Assembly: GCF_037042905.1 (NCBI RefSeq)
Contig: NC_087245.1
Location: forward strand, 30,754,001 to 30,818,000
DNA length: 64,000 nucleotides
From: Lytechinus pictus
Lineage: Eukaryota
Reading direction: 5' to 3'
In this document: in pieces, positions 1 to 11,691 of the stretch
Numbering within the stretch: position 1 is the first letter of the stretch
How the letters are laid out: the number at the start of each line of letters is the position of its first letter
Program-made: the position numbers and the translations under genes
The notes under the pieces: generated by a model
What the model was told of the DNA's origin: nothing
What the model saw: the letters and a program-made list of their open reading frames with translations, nothing else
Databases searched by the model: none

Positions 1-279
1 CCCCCCTCCTATCGAAGTTAGAAGTATACATGCTTCACTTTTGACTTGTATTGATATTGTTTCCTTGGAGAAGTCGGAACCCTAAATTCATTTGAAGCAT
101 TTTTTAAAGAAAAAAGCTAAATACTGAATTCAGAAAATAACTTAGCATTTTTTTAAAGCGTTAAAAAAAGATTGATGACGACGACAACGGTGATTATGAT
201 GACAGATAAATAATGATGTGATGACGAGTGCGTGATAATATTATCGGTTAAGTGATAAGGTTTATGTATTTATTGGTAG

Positions 280-287
280 GATTACTA

Positions 288-319
<32 letters not shown>

Positions 320-511
320 TCTTACTACTACTACTTCTACTACTGGGCTACTACTGCTACAGTACTACTATACTGCCACCGCTGCTGCTTCAACTACTTC
401 TATCAAACCCACCACTACTACTACTACTACTACTATTATTATCATTACTAATATACTACTACTACTACTACTATTACTAGGACCACCACCACTACTATTA
501 CTACTACTACT
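280..511. repeat. (CTA)n/(CTG)n imperfect microsatellite, left half
   Basis: Direct reading; continues at 3634-3860 beyond the inserted transposon. Confidence 0.95.
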
Positions 512-548
512 CAGGGGCGGAAATCTCTCCCAAAAGGTAGGGGGGACA

Positions 549-2681
549 CAGGGGAGGATCCATCATCCAGCCTTCGTCACTAGGGGGGGGGGAATTTGTT
601 TCAGCCATATTTTCCCCGATCGGCAGCTCGAAGATGATTTTTGTTTGTTTCTTTGAAGGGGTAGTCCTCATTGGTCACAGCTTTATTCATATAAATTAAT
701 ATATATCATAATCCTTATTTATATGATGCGAGCGCGAAGCGCGAGCTAATTTTTTTTGGAAATTTTAAGTATTTTTTTCCTAAAATTTGAACTGATTCTG
801 GGCAATATTTGTTATCCTGAAAAAAATGTGTATGCTACTTAATAATTACTACGAACGCAAAGCGCTAGCAGAAATGAACTGATGGAAAAGATACCTGTTA
901 AAGTAGCATTTAACAATCAAATAATGCGAGCGCAAAGCGCGAGCTGATTTTTTTTTTTACATTTTCACCTAAAGAATGGAAATTATAAGCACTTTTTGTA
1001 ACTCAAGCAGTAAAGGTATAAAAGTAAACAATTAATGCGAGCGCTAAGCGCGAGCGGAAAATTTCGAGATTTAGTTTTGTAAATCCTGAAAAGGATGAGT
1101 ATTAATAATGTGAGCGCAAAGCGCGAGCAGAAAATTGTTATATACGTTTTGAACTGGTACCTGTTGAAAAGGTATCTGTTAAGGACTGCTTGCACTTAGC
1201 CATGAAGGCGTTCATATTTCAACAATCAAAAAATGCGAGCGCGAAGCGCGAGCTTAAAATTTTTGAACTTTCTAAAGAAAGAATGGAAATTTTTAATCAG
1301 TTTTTGTAATCGTGAACAGGATAGCTATGTAATTTAACGATTGATGCGAGCGCGAAGCACGGGTGGAAAAAAAATCGAGATTTAGACCTAGAAATGGGCC
1401 ACTCTGTTCATGTTTTGTAAATCATCAAAAGGATCATGAGTAATATGGGGTCTTCCTACTTTAATAATTCGAGCACAAAGCGCGAGCAGAAAATGTTTGA
1501 TATTGTGATCTGAAACTGGATGATTTAAATTAGAGAACAAGTTGAGTATCTGAATAAACATGCGCGAGCGTGTTTCATATTTAGACCTAGAATCTAGGCA
1601 TTCTAAATACAACTTTAATCATGAAAATCATGAAACTTTGATATTCCGATCTGAAAAAAGAATCAATTTCAGCTTTATATTCAAGCACTTTGTAGAAAAT
1701 TGTAAGGTGGATATGGATCGCACTTAAAAAAGAGCTGATATTATTATTACTTTGAGTATTGACATAGGACCGGGACATCCTTACGACATGTCATCATATG
1801 AAAATGATGACTATCTTCCTATTCCTCTTGCGAAGCGCGAGATGAAACAAAAGAGACAATTTGATTATTAAATTAGTATCATATTTATTAATAATAATAA
1901 TAATAATAATAATAGTTGGATTTATAAAGCGCTTTTTGCCAGAGGATACAAAGCGCTGCTATTATTACCCCGGCTTTAGCTCGAGCTACCATCACCGGTC
2001 ATGAAAAGGGGATTTTAAGTAGTTTGTTGTATAATCAATATTAATGCCTAAGGAGGGCGCGAAATCTGATGATATCATGGCAAAAAACTGGACATTTCAC
2101 TTTTGTGATTATGAATAGGAAGCATCAGTTAATATATTTTTAACCATTAATGCGAGCGCAAATCGCGAGCTAAAATTATTGATAAACTGTCATGAAAAGG
2201 GGATTTTAAGTAGTTTGTTGTATAATCAATATTGAAACATTTATATAACTCGCCAATCAAAATGCGAGCGTGCAGCGCGCTAGCTGATACGTCTTGACAA
2301 TCAGCCCTGAAAAGGGATATTTTTACAGAGCACTTTTTAAAAACCAATTTGTAAATTACACAAAATAATGAAAGTTCAATTTCCGAGGTGAAATATGTTT
2401 TGTATATTGACTTCCAAACTTGATATTCGAACTCCATATTGAACAAGATATGTAAATCACCTAACAGGCAATGCGAGCGCGAAGAGCGAACGAAAATTTT
2501 ATATAGTGGCACGAAAGATTCTTTTTATTTTCCAAGTCTTCCCCTCATCTTATTTTATGCACTCGTCGTCCTTCTCTTCTTTTTCTCCTCTCTTTTTCCT
2601 CTTTTCCTTCTTTCTTTTTTTTTGCTCCGCCAAGAGGGGGGGGGGGGGGGGGGGGGTGCGGGCCCCTCGGATCCGCCTATG
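549..2681. mobile_element. Nested non-autonomous hAT-like element with a GCGAGCGCGAAGCGCGAG motif array
   Basis: TIRs CAGGGGAGGATCC / GGATCCGCCTATG; duplicated target (GG)GGGACA; absent from the copy at 54768-55097. Confidence 0.75.
1888..1998 (-). mobile_element. 5'-truncated SINE 3' end (same family as 28073-28344)
   Basis: (TTA)n tail and near-identical AAGCGCTTTTTGCC...GATACAAAGCGCTGCTATTAT...AGCTCGAGCTACCATCACC. Confidence 0.75.
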
Positions 2682-2734
2682 GGGACAAGGGGCGGGAAAA
2701 TTTGACAAGCAAAAAAAAGGTTATCATCGCCAAA

Positions 2735-3485
2735 CAGAGGCGTCGATCCTGGGGGGGCAGGGGGGGGGGGGCGATCGCCCCACCAATGAAAATATTGGGG
2801 GGAAAACATATCGTTTTGCCCCCCCCCAATAATTCCACATGTGCAAAAAATAAAATAAGATTGTAATGTTACACAGAAATCAGTAAGCGAAATTGAGATA
2901 CACAACTCGTTCTTTAATTAAAATCGTGCTCAAAATGTCCGCTTTTCAGATTGGAATATAAAAAAATTTCAGCTCGCGCTTCGCGCTCGCATCGTTTCTG
3001 TAGCAAAAACCCATACTTTTCATGATTAAATAGGTGAATAGAATGTCCCGTTTTCAGTTCTAAACCTCAAAAGAACTCCCGCTTCGATTTGCAATAATCT
3101 TTTGTTGGATATTTATATCTTGTTCTTTATTAAAAACGTCCATCAAACTCAATTTTTTTCAGATCGAAATATCAAAATTTCAGCTCGCGCTTCGCGCTCG
3201 CATCTAGTGTTTTTTTAGATAACTATCTTAGCTATTGGTACCAAAAATGCTTAGAATATCAAGTTTTCAGGTCAGAATATAAAGAAATTTCAGCCCGCGC
3301 TTCGCGCTCGCATTAATTTGTTGGTGGGATATGTGCATGTCTCCACCTCGTGAGTCATATATATATATATATGCATATGTGTGTGTGTGAGTTTGTTTGT
3401 TTGTGTGATCGAGCGCCTTATTTGGAAAGTTGATTCATGATTTTGCCCCCCCCCCCCCAATCTTAAAAATGGATCGACGCCCCTG
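2735..3485. mobile_element. Nested hAT-like MITE
   Basis: TIRs CAGAGGCGTCGATCC / GGATCGACGCCCCTG; perfect 8-bp TSD TCGCCAAA (2727-2734, 3486-3493). Confidence 0.9.
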
Positions 3486-3633
3486 TCGCCAAAGTAAGGT
3501 CATCTCGTCCCAAAATACATGTTTTATTTCGATTTAGAACGATGTATTTCTTACCATCATAAAAGACCAAAAATAGTCCCCCCCCCTACTATTTTGAGTA
3601 GGGGGACACGTCCCCCTGGGATTTCCGCCCATG

Positions 3634-3670
<37 letters not shown>

Positions 3671-3860
3671 TACTATTACTACTACTACTACTACTTTTAT
3701 TACTACTATACTACTACTACTACTACAACTACTACTACTACTTCTACTACTACTACCACTACTACCACTACTACTACTACCACCACCATCACCACTACCG
3801 CTACTACTACGATACTAACTCCTGCTTCTACAACTACTCTACTACTACTATTACTAATAC
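3634..3860. repeat. (CTA)n microsatellite, right half
   Basis: Direct reading. Confidence 0.95.
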
Positions 3861-3996
3861 CATTGTATTGTATACTCCGACATAGCTTCCGTCAACCCTC
3901 CCACTCTCCTGCTCACAATATCCTATGAAACTTCATCTGTCTTAACTTTATATTTTCTCTCCCCCTTCACCTTTTCCAAAATAAATTTTGTATCAG

Positions 3997-5473
3997 GAGC
4001 ATTGCTGGAACATCTTCGGAACACTCTTTCACAGGAGACCTGAACTCCAAATTGCAGAAATGGCGTTCCTGGTGGTCGAAGAAGACCCACAATGGTTGCA
4101 TTGCTTCACCAGACTCCAGCGACACTGACAGCGAGACCGTCAATGATTGCAACGACTACTCCGTATTCATTACAGCGCGATGTCGCTTGATGAGGATTGT
4201 TGGCAAGCTGGATAAGGTCTTCACTGGCGTGCAGGAGGTACATTCTGAGAGGTATGGACCTAGCGAAGTAGAGGATACCTCACGTGTTGTCAAACTGGAC
4301 ATGCAGCATAGGGACCCGGGACTTGAGAATAAGCAATGGGAGCTCATGCTGTTGATGAATACAGTTGATATGGCATACAGGAAGGTACAGGCAGTCAGCA
4401 GTCTTTGCACCAGCTACAGAACCAATATGGGTAAGCAGGTGCATCGTCGACTCAACGATGACAGCGAGCGCATCATTGAAACAAGGGTTGAGAAAATGGA
4501 CTCAAACAATGACCTGGTCAGCACCAAGACACAGATGAAGGACAAGGGTGCAGCCAAGAATCCGATAATGCGGGGCTTTGCATTCATCTTGGCAATGATA
4601 GCTTCAGCCTTCTGCTTCATCACTGGTAAGATCACCCCAAAAGCCACAGTGGAGACCGGCCGTATCAGAGCTCAGTCACCATCCAATGACGATGCCTATG
4701 AACTAGTGAAAGAAGCCTTCAGGAAAGAGGACAACAGAGGCTTGAAAGACAGTGGTCCTACAAACAGTTGGACTCTCCTGACTGTAACATCCTATCCACA
4801 GAATAGCACTGTTCAGCGATGTGTCAACCTCGAGACATTTCTTGGTAGAGATCGCTCAACTACCATCCATGTAAAGCGCATCACCTCGGCTGATGCCCCT
4901 CCATTAATCGGTGCATTGAAAGCAAGGTATCTCCAGACCATTGAATACTATGGAGAAATCTGCTCCTGTGCTTATATTGCCCGCCTGTTGAGAAACATTA
5001 ACGCAGATCTTTTCGTAGTTCAGAAACGACTAGATGGAATCCATGACAGAGTATTCAAGCGCAGCAGACCATACAGTGACAGATGGGCATTGCTTCGTAA
5101 AGCGCTGACCAAGACAGAAGCAAAACGGGAGCTACAGAAGATTGAAATCTCCTCCGGGAGTCGTCAAGAACTCCTGACCAAAGATGGCCTCACTAAGATC
5201 GTCCTGCAGCTTGAGTCACGGGTAGAAGGCATCCATGGTCGGTATGACAGCTGGAGACGTGCTCGTGACATGCCAGGACGCAGGCATAAGTACACTGGAA
5301 AGTCTGCAATGAAAAGGTACGTGAGGCTGGAAACCCATATGTGTTTCAGGCAAACATCAGCAGGTCTTGTGGTCAGGAGAATCTGCGTGGCCAAGAAGAA
5401 GTCTTTGGTAGAAAGGGCATTTGGAGGACACCTCGTTACTGGACTCAATGTAGCATCTTCCATCAACACCTAG
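3997..5473 (+). CDS. Uncharacterised protein: one long exon (473-aa track ORF 4052-5473; frame open from 3929)
   Basis: About 1.5 kb stop-free, visibly GC-richer than the flanks. A pyrimidine-rich stretch and tatcag| acceptor at 3996/3997 suggest a terminal exon whose upstream exon(s) I did not find; the track start is TTG, not ATG. One hydrophobic segment, GFAFILAMIASAFCFITG. No domain recognised. Confidence 0.6.
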
Positions 5474-5814
5474 GAACATCAGGATAAATGTAATAGTATA
5501 GAGCCACGTAGATGAGAGGTATGCGATCAAAGAGATTGTAGTCCTTGAAGCGCACAAGGACCTTGAAAGGTATCAATATTGGTTTGGAGCACATTATCTA
5601 CAGGACATGAGGCGCATAGGCCCTTTGGGTCATTTGGGCCTGCTGAAGTACTTTGAGTTCCCAGGGTGAAAGACTGATTCCTTATCACCTAAACATCTAT
5701 TGCAACTGGACCCATATGCTAACAGATCAGTTTCATGGGCAATGTGCCAAGAAAAAAACGCATTGCTGAGGTAACATCACTATGTTACAGATGATGCAAA
5801 GGGCCCCAAAAGGA

Positions 5815-6130
5815 GATGGTGGGGCTAGGTTGGTTGGAGCGCCTAATTCAAATAAGATATGATCTCAACATGCATGGGTTTGAGTCCCGCTCATGCCAAA
5901 CTTGTCAACAACAAAAACTGATGCTATTGTGTGCTAGCGCGTGTCTCATCGCTGTATTCAGTGCAGGTGTGGATGCAGTTGGAGAACAGATTGGAGAACG
6001 CAGATGCCGGTACTGTGTTCCTTAGGAGGGTCACAACCTATGCATGTTAAACCAACACACTACTCGTCAAAGCGCAGGGTGTTCACCCGGTGTATTGCAC
6101 TTGCTGAAAACCGGTAAACCTCAACTCTAA
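5815..6130 (+). mobile_element. Degenerate tRNA-derived SINE (Deu-domain-like)
   Basis: A-box/B-box-like head (GGGTTTGAGTCCC); body GCATGTTAAACC..CACTACTCG..GCAGGG..CCCGGTGT resembles the SINE at 32465-32850. Confidence 0.55.
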
Positions 6131-6974
6131 CACTGCGATAACACACCAAAAAAGTGGCATGCACTAAGAATGGAAGAACTACACGTCCTTTGACGGCAAA
6201 GTATCTGGATTCGACTTGCAATAATGCAGGAGCAAATGAGGCTCATTGGAAGAGAAAGATCGTGAAGATCACCGGCTGTCAGTTGGGTATAACTACCTGA
6301 TTGGAAATCTTCAAAGATGCCAAGAAATGAAGGCACCTGAGATTGTAAAACTCTGGCAACGAATGATTCTAAAGCATACAATTCTTACGTAAAGAAGTTG
6401 GAGGAGATATCTGGAAACCATGGAAATGGGGGGAGGGTACATACGGGCAACCCATATCTCGTGGAAATGGACAACTCTAAAATCAGTAGTGATGTTGCTC
6501 TACAAGATGACTGCATTTACCATCAGCCAATCCATTATTGCCTGCTTGAACCAGGTTCAAGAACGATTAAAATAGAAGAAATGCCCCTTCAAGTGAGGTA
6601 GACATCGGGCAAGGATTTGACCCACAATCTCCAGAACTATGAGAGTCACAAACTTTCATCAAAACACAATCAACCCGTGACTCTTTCTGTTGATAGCTCT
6701 TTGAACAGCAATCCACTTTGAGTTCAATGAAACTCGCTGAAGTCAGAAAATGGATATCTTGATAGACATGTGAAAAGAAGTTGAACAGGGGGAATGAAAT
6801 CAAATAATTAAAATGCACTGGAACAGAACATTGATGCCTTTTGTAGTTTATTGTACAGTCACTGAAACTTAATGACCTGGAAGTAATCTTTGGTGTATCT
6901 AGTAACCCTTTGTCTCCATGTTCTAGAATCTAACGCTGTACAAGAGACAGATTATGAGAGTTTGTTTTCTGATT

Positions 6975-7263
6975 GGCCAGTATTCTGAAATCCAATTTAA
7001 TCTAAACTCCAGTCTAAAGTTGTTGTCTAACTATATGGATAGCCATATCTTACAGTACAGGCTCTGTCACTCAATTATTAATAATGTATGGGAATAACTA
7101 GAATGGTTTTCTCCATCATTAAAGCATGAGGAAACTTAATTGTAAACATAGTAAACTTAAGAAACATACCATGTAAACAGAATTTTGACATCTTCAGCTT
7201 ACCATAATGTTAGCAAAGAGTTAGAACATGACCTAAGCTAAGCTGGACTTCAGAATACAGGCC
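6975..7263. mobile_element. MITE with 3-bp flanks (PIF/Harbinger-like)
   Basis: TIRs GGCCAGTATTCTGAA / TTCAGAATACAGGCC, ATT on both sides; relatives at 42919-43224 (inverted) and about 39149-39240 (partial). Confidence 0.7.
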
Positions 7264-7715
7264 ATTGCATTTACTGGTGTGGTTTCCAACTCACCCACCA
7301 TCTGAAGCAAACAAAATTATTAATTTTGCAATGAAACAGAGGGCAGATTGGTATCAACTGAATTTCAATTAATTCTATGCTACAGTATCATGCTCTTAAA
7401 ATAATTCAAATAAGGTGAAATTTTGCATTCCATAGAAGTGTTATCATAATTTTTTAGTATAGAATTAACAATGGGTTATTATAAAAAATAGCATGATGTA
7501 ACCACAGCAGGAATTTAGAATTTAAACAAATATATGTTATAGAAAGGAATTGAATATGAATCAAATGAAAACATGAGAGGATGATGGCATGAATGAAATA
7601 CCCAAAAAAAGGCCGGGAGGAAGTTATGGAGTTATAGAGGGAGTAAAAACAAGGAAAAGTAGGCCTTCGAATGAGAGAAGAGAAAGAGAGACAGAAAAAA
7701 GAGACAATAGGAACT

Positions 7716-8476
7716 AAACAAGTGGAATGCCTCTGGCCGTCTCACCTGCATCACGCGATTCAATATAGCAGCAGTGCTGATTTTGAAAACTACTATAACT
7801 CGCACAAGATGTTCAGTGATACTTGGTTACTCTTATTTCCACGTTTTATGAACTAGACCAATACACTTATAGAGATATGATGGCAATTCAAAAAATACCC
7901 CCAACATGGCCAAAGTTCTATGACCTTACATGACCTTTGACCTTGATCATGTGACATGAAACTCGCACAGGATGTTCAGTGATACTTGATTACTATTATG
8001 TCCAAGTTTTATGAACTAGACCAACACACTTTCAAATTTATGGCTGTAATTCAACAAATACCCCAATTTGGCCAAAGTTCATTGACCCTAAATGACCTTT
8101 GACCTTGATCATGTGACCTGAAACTTGCACAGGATGTTCAGTAATACTTGATTACTATTATGTCCAAGTTTCATGAATCAGATCCATAAATTTTCAAAGT
8201 TATGATGGTAATTCAACAGATACCCCCAATTCGGCCAAAGTTCATTGACCCTAAATGACCTTTGACCTTAGTCATGTGACATGAAACTCAGGCAGGATGT
8301 TCAGTAATACTTGATTAACCTCATGGCCAAGTTTCATGAACTAGGTCCATATACTTTCTAAGTTATGCTGTCATTTCAAAAACTTAACCTCAGGTTAAGA
8401 TTTGGTGTTGACGCCGCCGCCGCCGTCGGAAAAGCGGCGCCTATAGTCTCACTCTGCTATGCAGGTGAGACAAAAA
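7716..8476. mobile_element. Helentron-associated non-autonomous element (HINE/DINE-like) with a 162-nt internal tandem repeat
   Basis: 13-bp subterminal IR GTCTCACCTGCAT (7739-7751 / 8459-8471), terminal hairpin, (GCC)n tract, A-run ends without TSD; TGACCTTTGACCTT recurs at 7931, 8093 and 8255. Confidence 0.75.
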
Positions 8477-8719
8477 GCAGGCCTGTTACCCTGTTTACTA
8501 TGTCATTTAAATTTGTAGACAGTAACAAGGTATTTCTTTGATTAATTAAAAAAGTTCTTCGTTAATAATATATTTATAAAATACAATACTTAAAAGCAAG
8601 CTTTCTACTCCAATAAAAACATACTTTTGTTATTAGATACATGTATGTATGAAATTTATATGTCAGTAAATAGATCTACTTCTTTGAGATGTCCCCTGAA
8701 ACTTAGTTAAAGATAAGAC

Positions 8720-9114
8720 TTAAAGATAAATATCAATTGTGGTAATGATCTAAAAATGAATTCGAACATAATCCAATAAAATGACCACTCAAGTTTGAGT
8801 TTGTACAAATAAAAAATATGTGCCAAATGGCTCTAGAAAAAAATGTGTCAATGCTAATGGGCAAAATAAGCACAGAATTCCATGATAAGTCGGGTATTTT
8901 TCCAAACAATATTAATACACTGTCCCACATATGCCTTTTTGTGTTAGTGACCATCAGAATTATAGGTTTTCAGCCACGATTTCATGATTTCACAAAGATA
9001 AGTTTATTTCAATGTACCAGATCTAGATCTATCATTATATGGTGGCATTTAACCTTGATTTTATAGACTCTCGTGAAAGAATTGATTGCTGCAACTACTT
9101 TCTTTTTACCTTAA
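8720..9114. mobile_element. Dispersed repeat, possibly a TTAA-flanked Kolobok-like MITE
   Basis: TTAAAG...CCTTAA ends; inverted homologous copy at about 33700-33875. Confidence 0.5.
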
Positions 9115-10594
9115 AAGGCATTTTTGATGCAGCCTTCAATCTTTTGAAAAATGAAATTAAGCAGGAAACAAAAGCCATTAAAAATATGAACTGGACATGT
9201 TGTACTTGTGGACGAATAATGTATATTTTATTATCTCATAAATGCAGAGTGAATTTTACAGGCAAGTACTAATCTATATTGCCATATAGTAATAATATAA
9301 TAAGGTTTCACAGCATAGATTTTACACCACACATGGTAAAAGCTATTAATCAAATGGGTACAAAACAAACATCATCACAATATAGCAACCATACAAAAGA
9401 ATAATAAATATTTTATCATAAAAGCTGTCATCAAAAAGTCCAATTAGTACAAAAACAATCGTACATGTATTTTACTAGTTTTATACGGAACAATCGTGAT
9501 TTAAACTAAAACGTGGTTGTTCAGCACCCCTCGGCTGTGCTACAGTGTATCATGGTAGTCTGCAGCCACATACCCTGATTAAAACTTTGATCAACAAGTG
9601 GGCATTCACACAAGACTAGCACAAATACAACTTGTTTCAATTTACCTTCTATGCACAAGTCCTAGTCAGAATTTAGGCTTCATATTCAGACTTAGGTTAC
9701 ATATTCAGACCCACTCTCGAGCAATACAAACTAGTATCATTTCACAAAAAAATTACCAATTTTGATCAAAACAAATAATTACCCTATATGCATAAATTAA
9801 AAACTGTTATAAGAAAGCTAGCAAATGTTAATTATGTAAGTTTTCCCCCTCAGAAGTAATTTTTTCTCGTCTGCAACCAATGATAGAAACACATTACTAA
9901 TTTTGGTTTCAAGATTGAAAAAAAAAAGACTGGAATGATTCTCAATGACCAACTGATCTTGACAGTGGTGTATTGACTGATGCTTTCATTCAGCGGGAGA
10001 TTCCGAAGGACTGAAATAGGAGTAATCGAACCTATACAGGCAGGTATGCCAATAGTAATCAAGTTTGGCATTTAGTCTTGCTTATGATTATACAACTAAT
10101 ATAAATACACAATGTATTTACACCAGGGCTCCCGTAACACAAAAGTTTGCGATGAATCGCAAATATGAAAGAACCGCACTCATTGGCTCCCAGTCAGTAT
10201 TTTAAACAGAGTGCGCATGCAACGATGATCTTGATTGGTCGTTGGCATTTAGCGGAGCCCTGGACAACAATGGAAGCCTTGCATGCCGTGACTAGGTTGA
10301 TATGTTCTTTCTAGAGATAAATTTGAGTTTGTATCAACTCAATTATTCAAATTCAGTCATATATATATATGTATAACGGTTACATAACATTAGAATCCCC
10401 AGTTTTCTTTGATACAGAAAAGAACAATGTCAAAATTCAGGAAGAAAACAGAATTAAAAAAATGTCATGAAAAACACAATTTGGGGTCCAAAATTTTGGG
10501 GAAAAAAGGATAACTTGAAAATCTTCATGAAAATCAAACTAAATATTAAAAAAGAAAACTGTGCACGAGTGAAAAATCTGCCCATCAAACCTAA

Positions 10595-10735
10595 CTCCCG
10601 TTTCATAAAAACTTATATCGTAACAAGTGCAGTTTCTGTAAAAAGTTTTTTTATCAGTTAAATTGAATGACTTCAGTAGCTTTAAACTGTTACTGCAAAT
10701 TTGTTATAATAACAAGTTTTATGAAATGGGGCCCT
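10595..10735. mobile_element. Small foldback MITE
   Basis: CCCGTTTCATAAAACTT... / ...AAGTTTTATGAAATGGG arms with continued internal complementarity. Confidence 0.65.
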
Positions 10736-11483
10736 GTTCCCAATGCTAAGCATGTGCTTACTGAGCTTAATCTGCATTAAAACTTTATTTTAATAAGATT
10801 TTTCACTAATTTGCACTTATTCTTGCTTAATTGTCTTTTTCTTTTTCATGTCACAAAAGAATGCAGAATGTGATGTTTAGAACATCTAAGAACATGGAAT
10901 TTGCATTAAAAACCCCCAGAAAACTTGGGTTGTTTACATATATGTAATACATAAAAAGCAGCATCATATTGTCTATTTCCAGTATTACAAAAAATGATAT
11001 TTAATATACAAGGTTTGAAAATTCAGTATAAAGAAAAGATATGTAGTATCATCTTCTCAAGATGTTATTTTAAAAGAAAGAATTATCAAGTTTTACAATA
11101 ATCAAAATATTGCATTTTGCCCTGAAAATCTGGTTTCAAATTTTAACTGAAAAAAGTATATGTAATATGTAATAACTTGAAAATTGCATTTATTTTTATT
11201 TGCTGGATAACAAGTATGTTACAGGTCTAGTAGCATCAATACAATGATTTGTTTCTTTTGGTTGTGGCACAAACGTGTACTTTGTATGTATATCTGTAAC
11301 TGTAAGATCGTGATTCATGTTTGACAGACATTTTCACGAGGGCAAGGACTTGAAAACAGTCAAACCTGCTTTAATGACCACCTTGAATCCTGGATAGGAC
11401 CACCTTTCTATAAAGACCATTAAAATGGTCCTCCTTGAAAAGTGTATTACAGGAACCCGTAAATAAATACCACCACCTCATGA

Positions 11484-11691
11484 GGTGGCACGACATTTGC
11501 TCCTGCGACATTTGCTCCGGTCTTGATATCTCAGAGGGCAGCATAGGGTTAGGATTGTAATAGAGTTTTCGGTTCAGAATAACAAAGATAACGATTAGGT
11601 TTATTTAGTTTTGGAGGTAAGGTTTCATGTTTGGACTAACATGCAGATTTTTCTTTGGAGCAATTGTCGCCAGAGCAAATGTCATGGGACC
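11484..11691. mobile_element. MITE with about 35-bp TIRs and a telomere-like (TTAGG) interior, nested in a decayed pogo-like element (about 11357-11747)
   Basis: GGTGGCACGACATTTGCTCCTGCGACATTTGCTCC vs GGAGCAATTGTCGCCAGAGCAAATGTCATGGGACC. Confidence 0.65.

Larger units (their letters stand above)
512..3633. mobile_element. hAT-like MITE (family A) expanded by two nested insertions
   Basis: TIRs CAGGGGCGGAAATC / GATTTCCGCCCATG; 8-bp flanks CTACTACT; an uninterrupted relative lies at 54768-55097. Confidence 0.85.

Noticed and set aside
252..656. 134-aa poly-L/poly-T ORF (also 3519-3885, 31237-31518, 55020-55349, 63631-63882)
   Set aside because: Translations of (CTA)n or (CAT)n microsatellites, which lack stops in some frames
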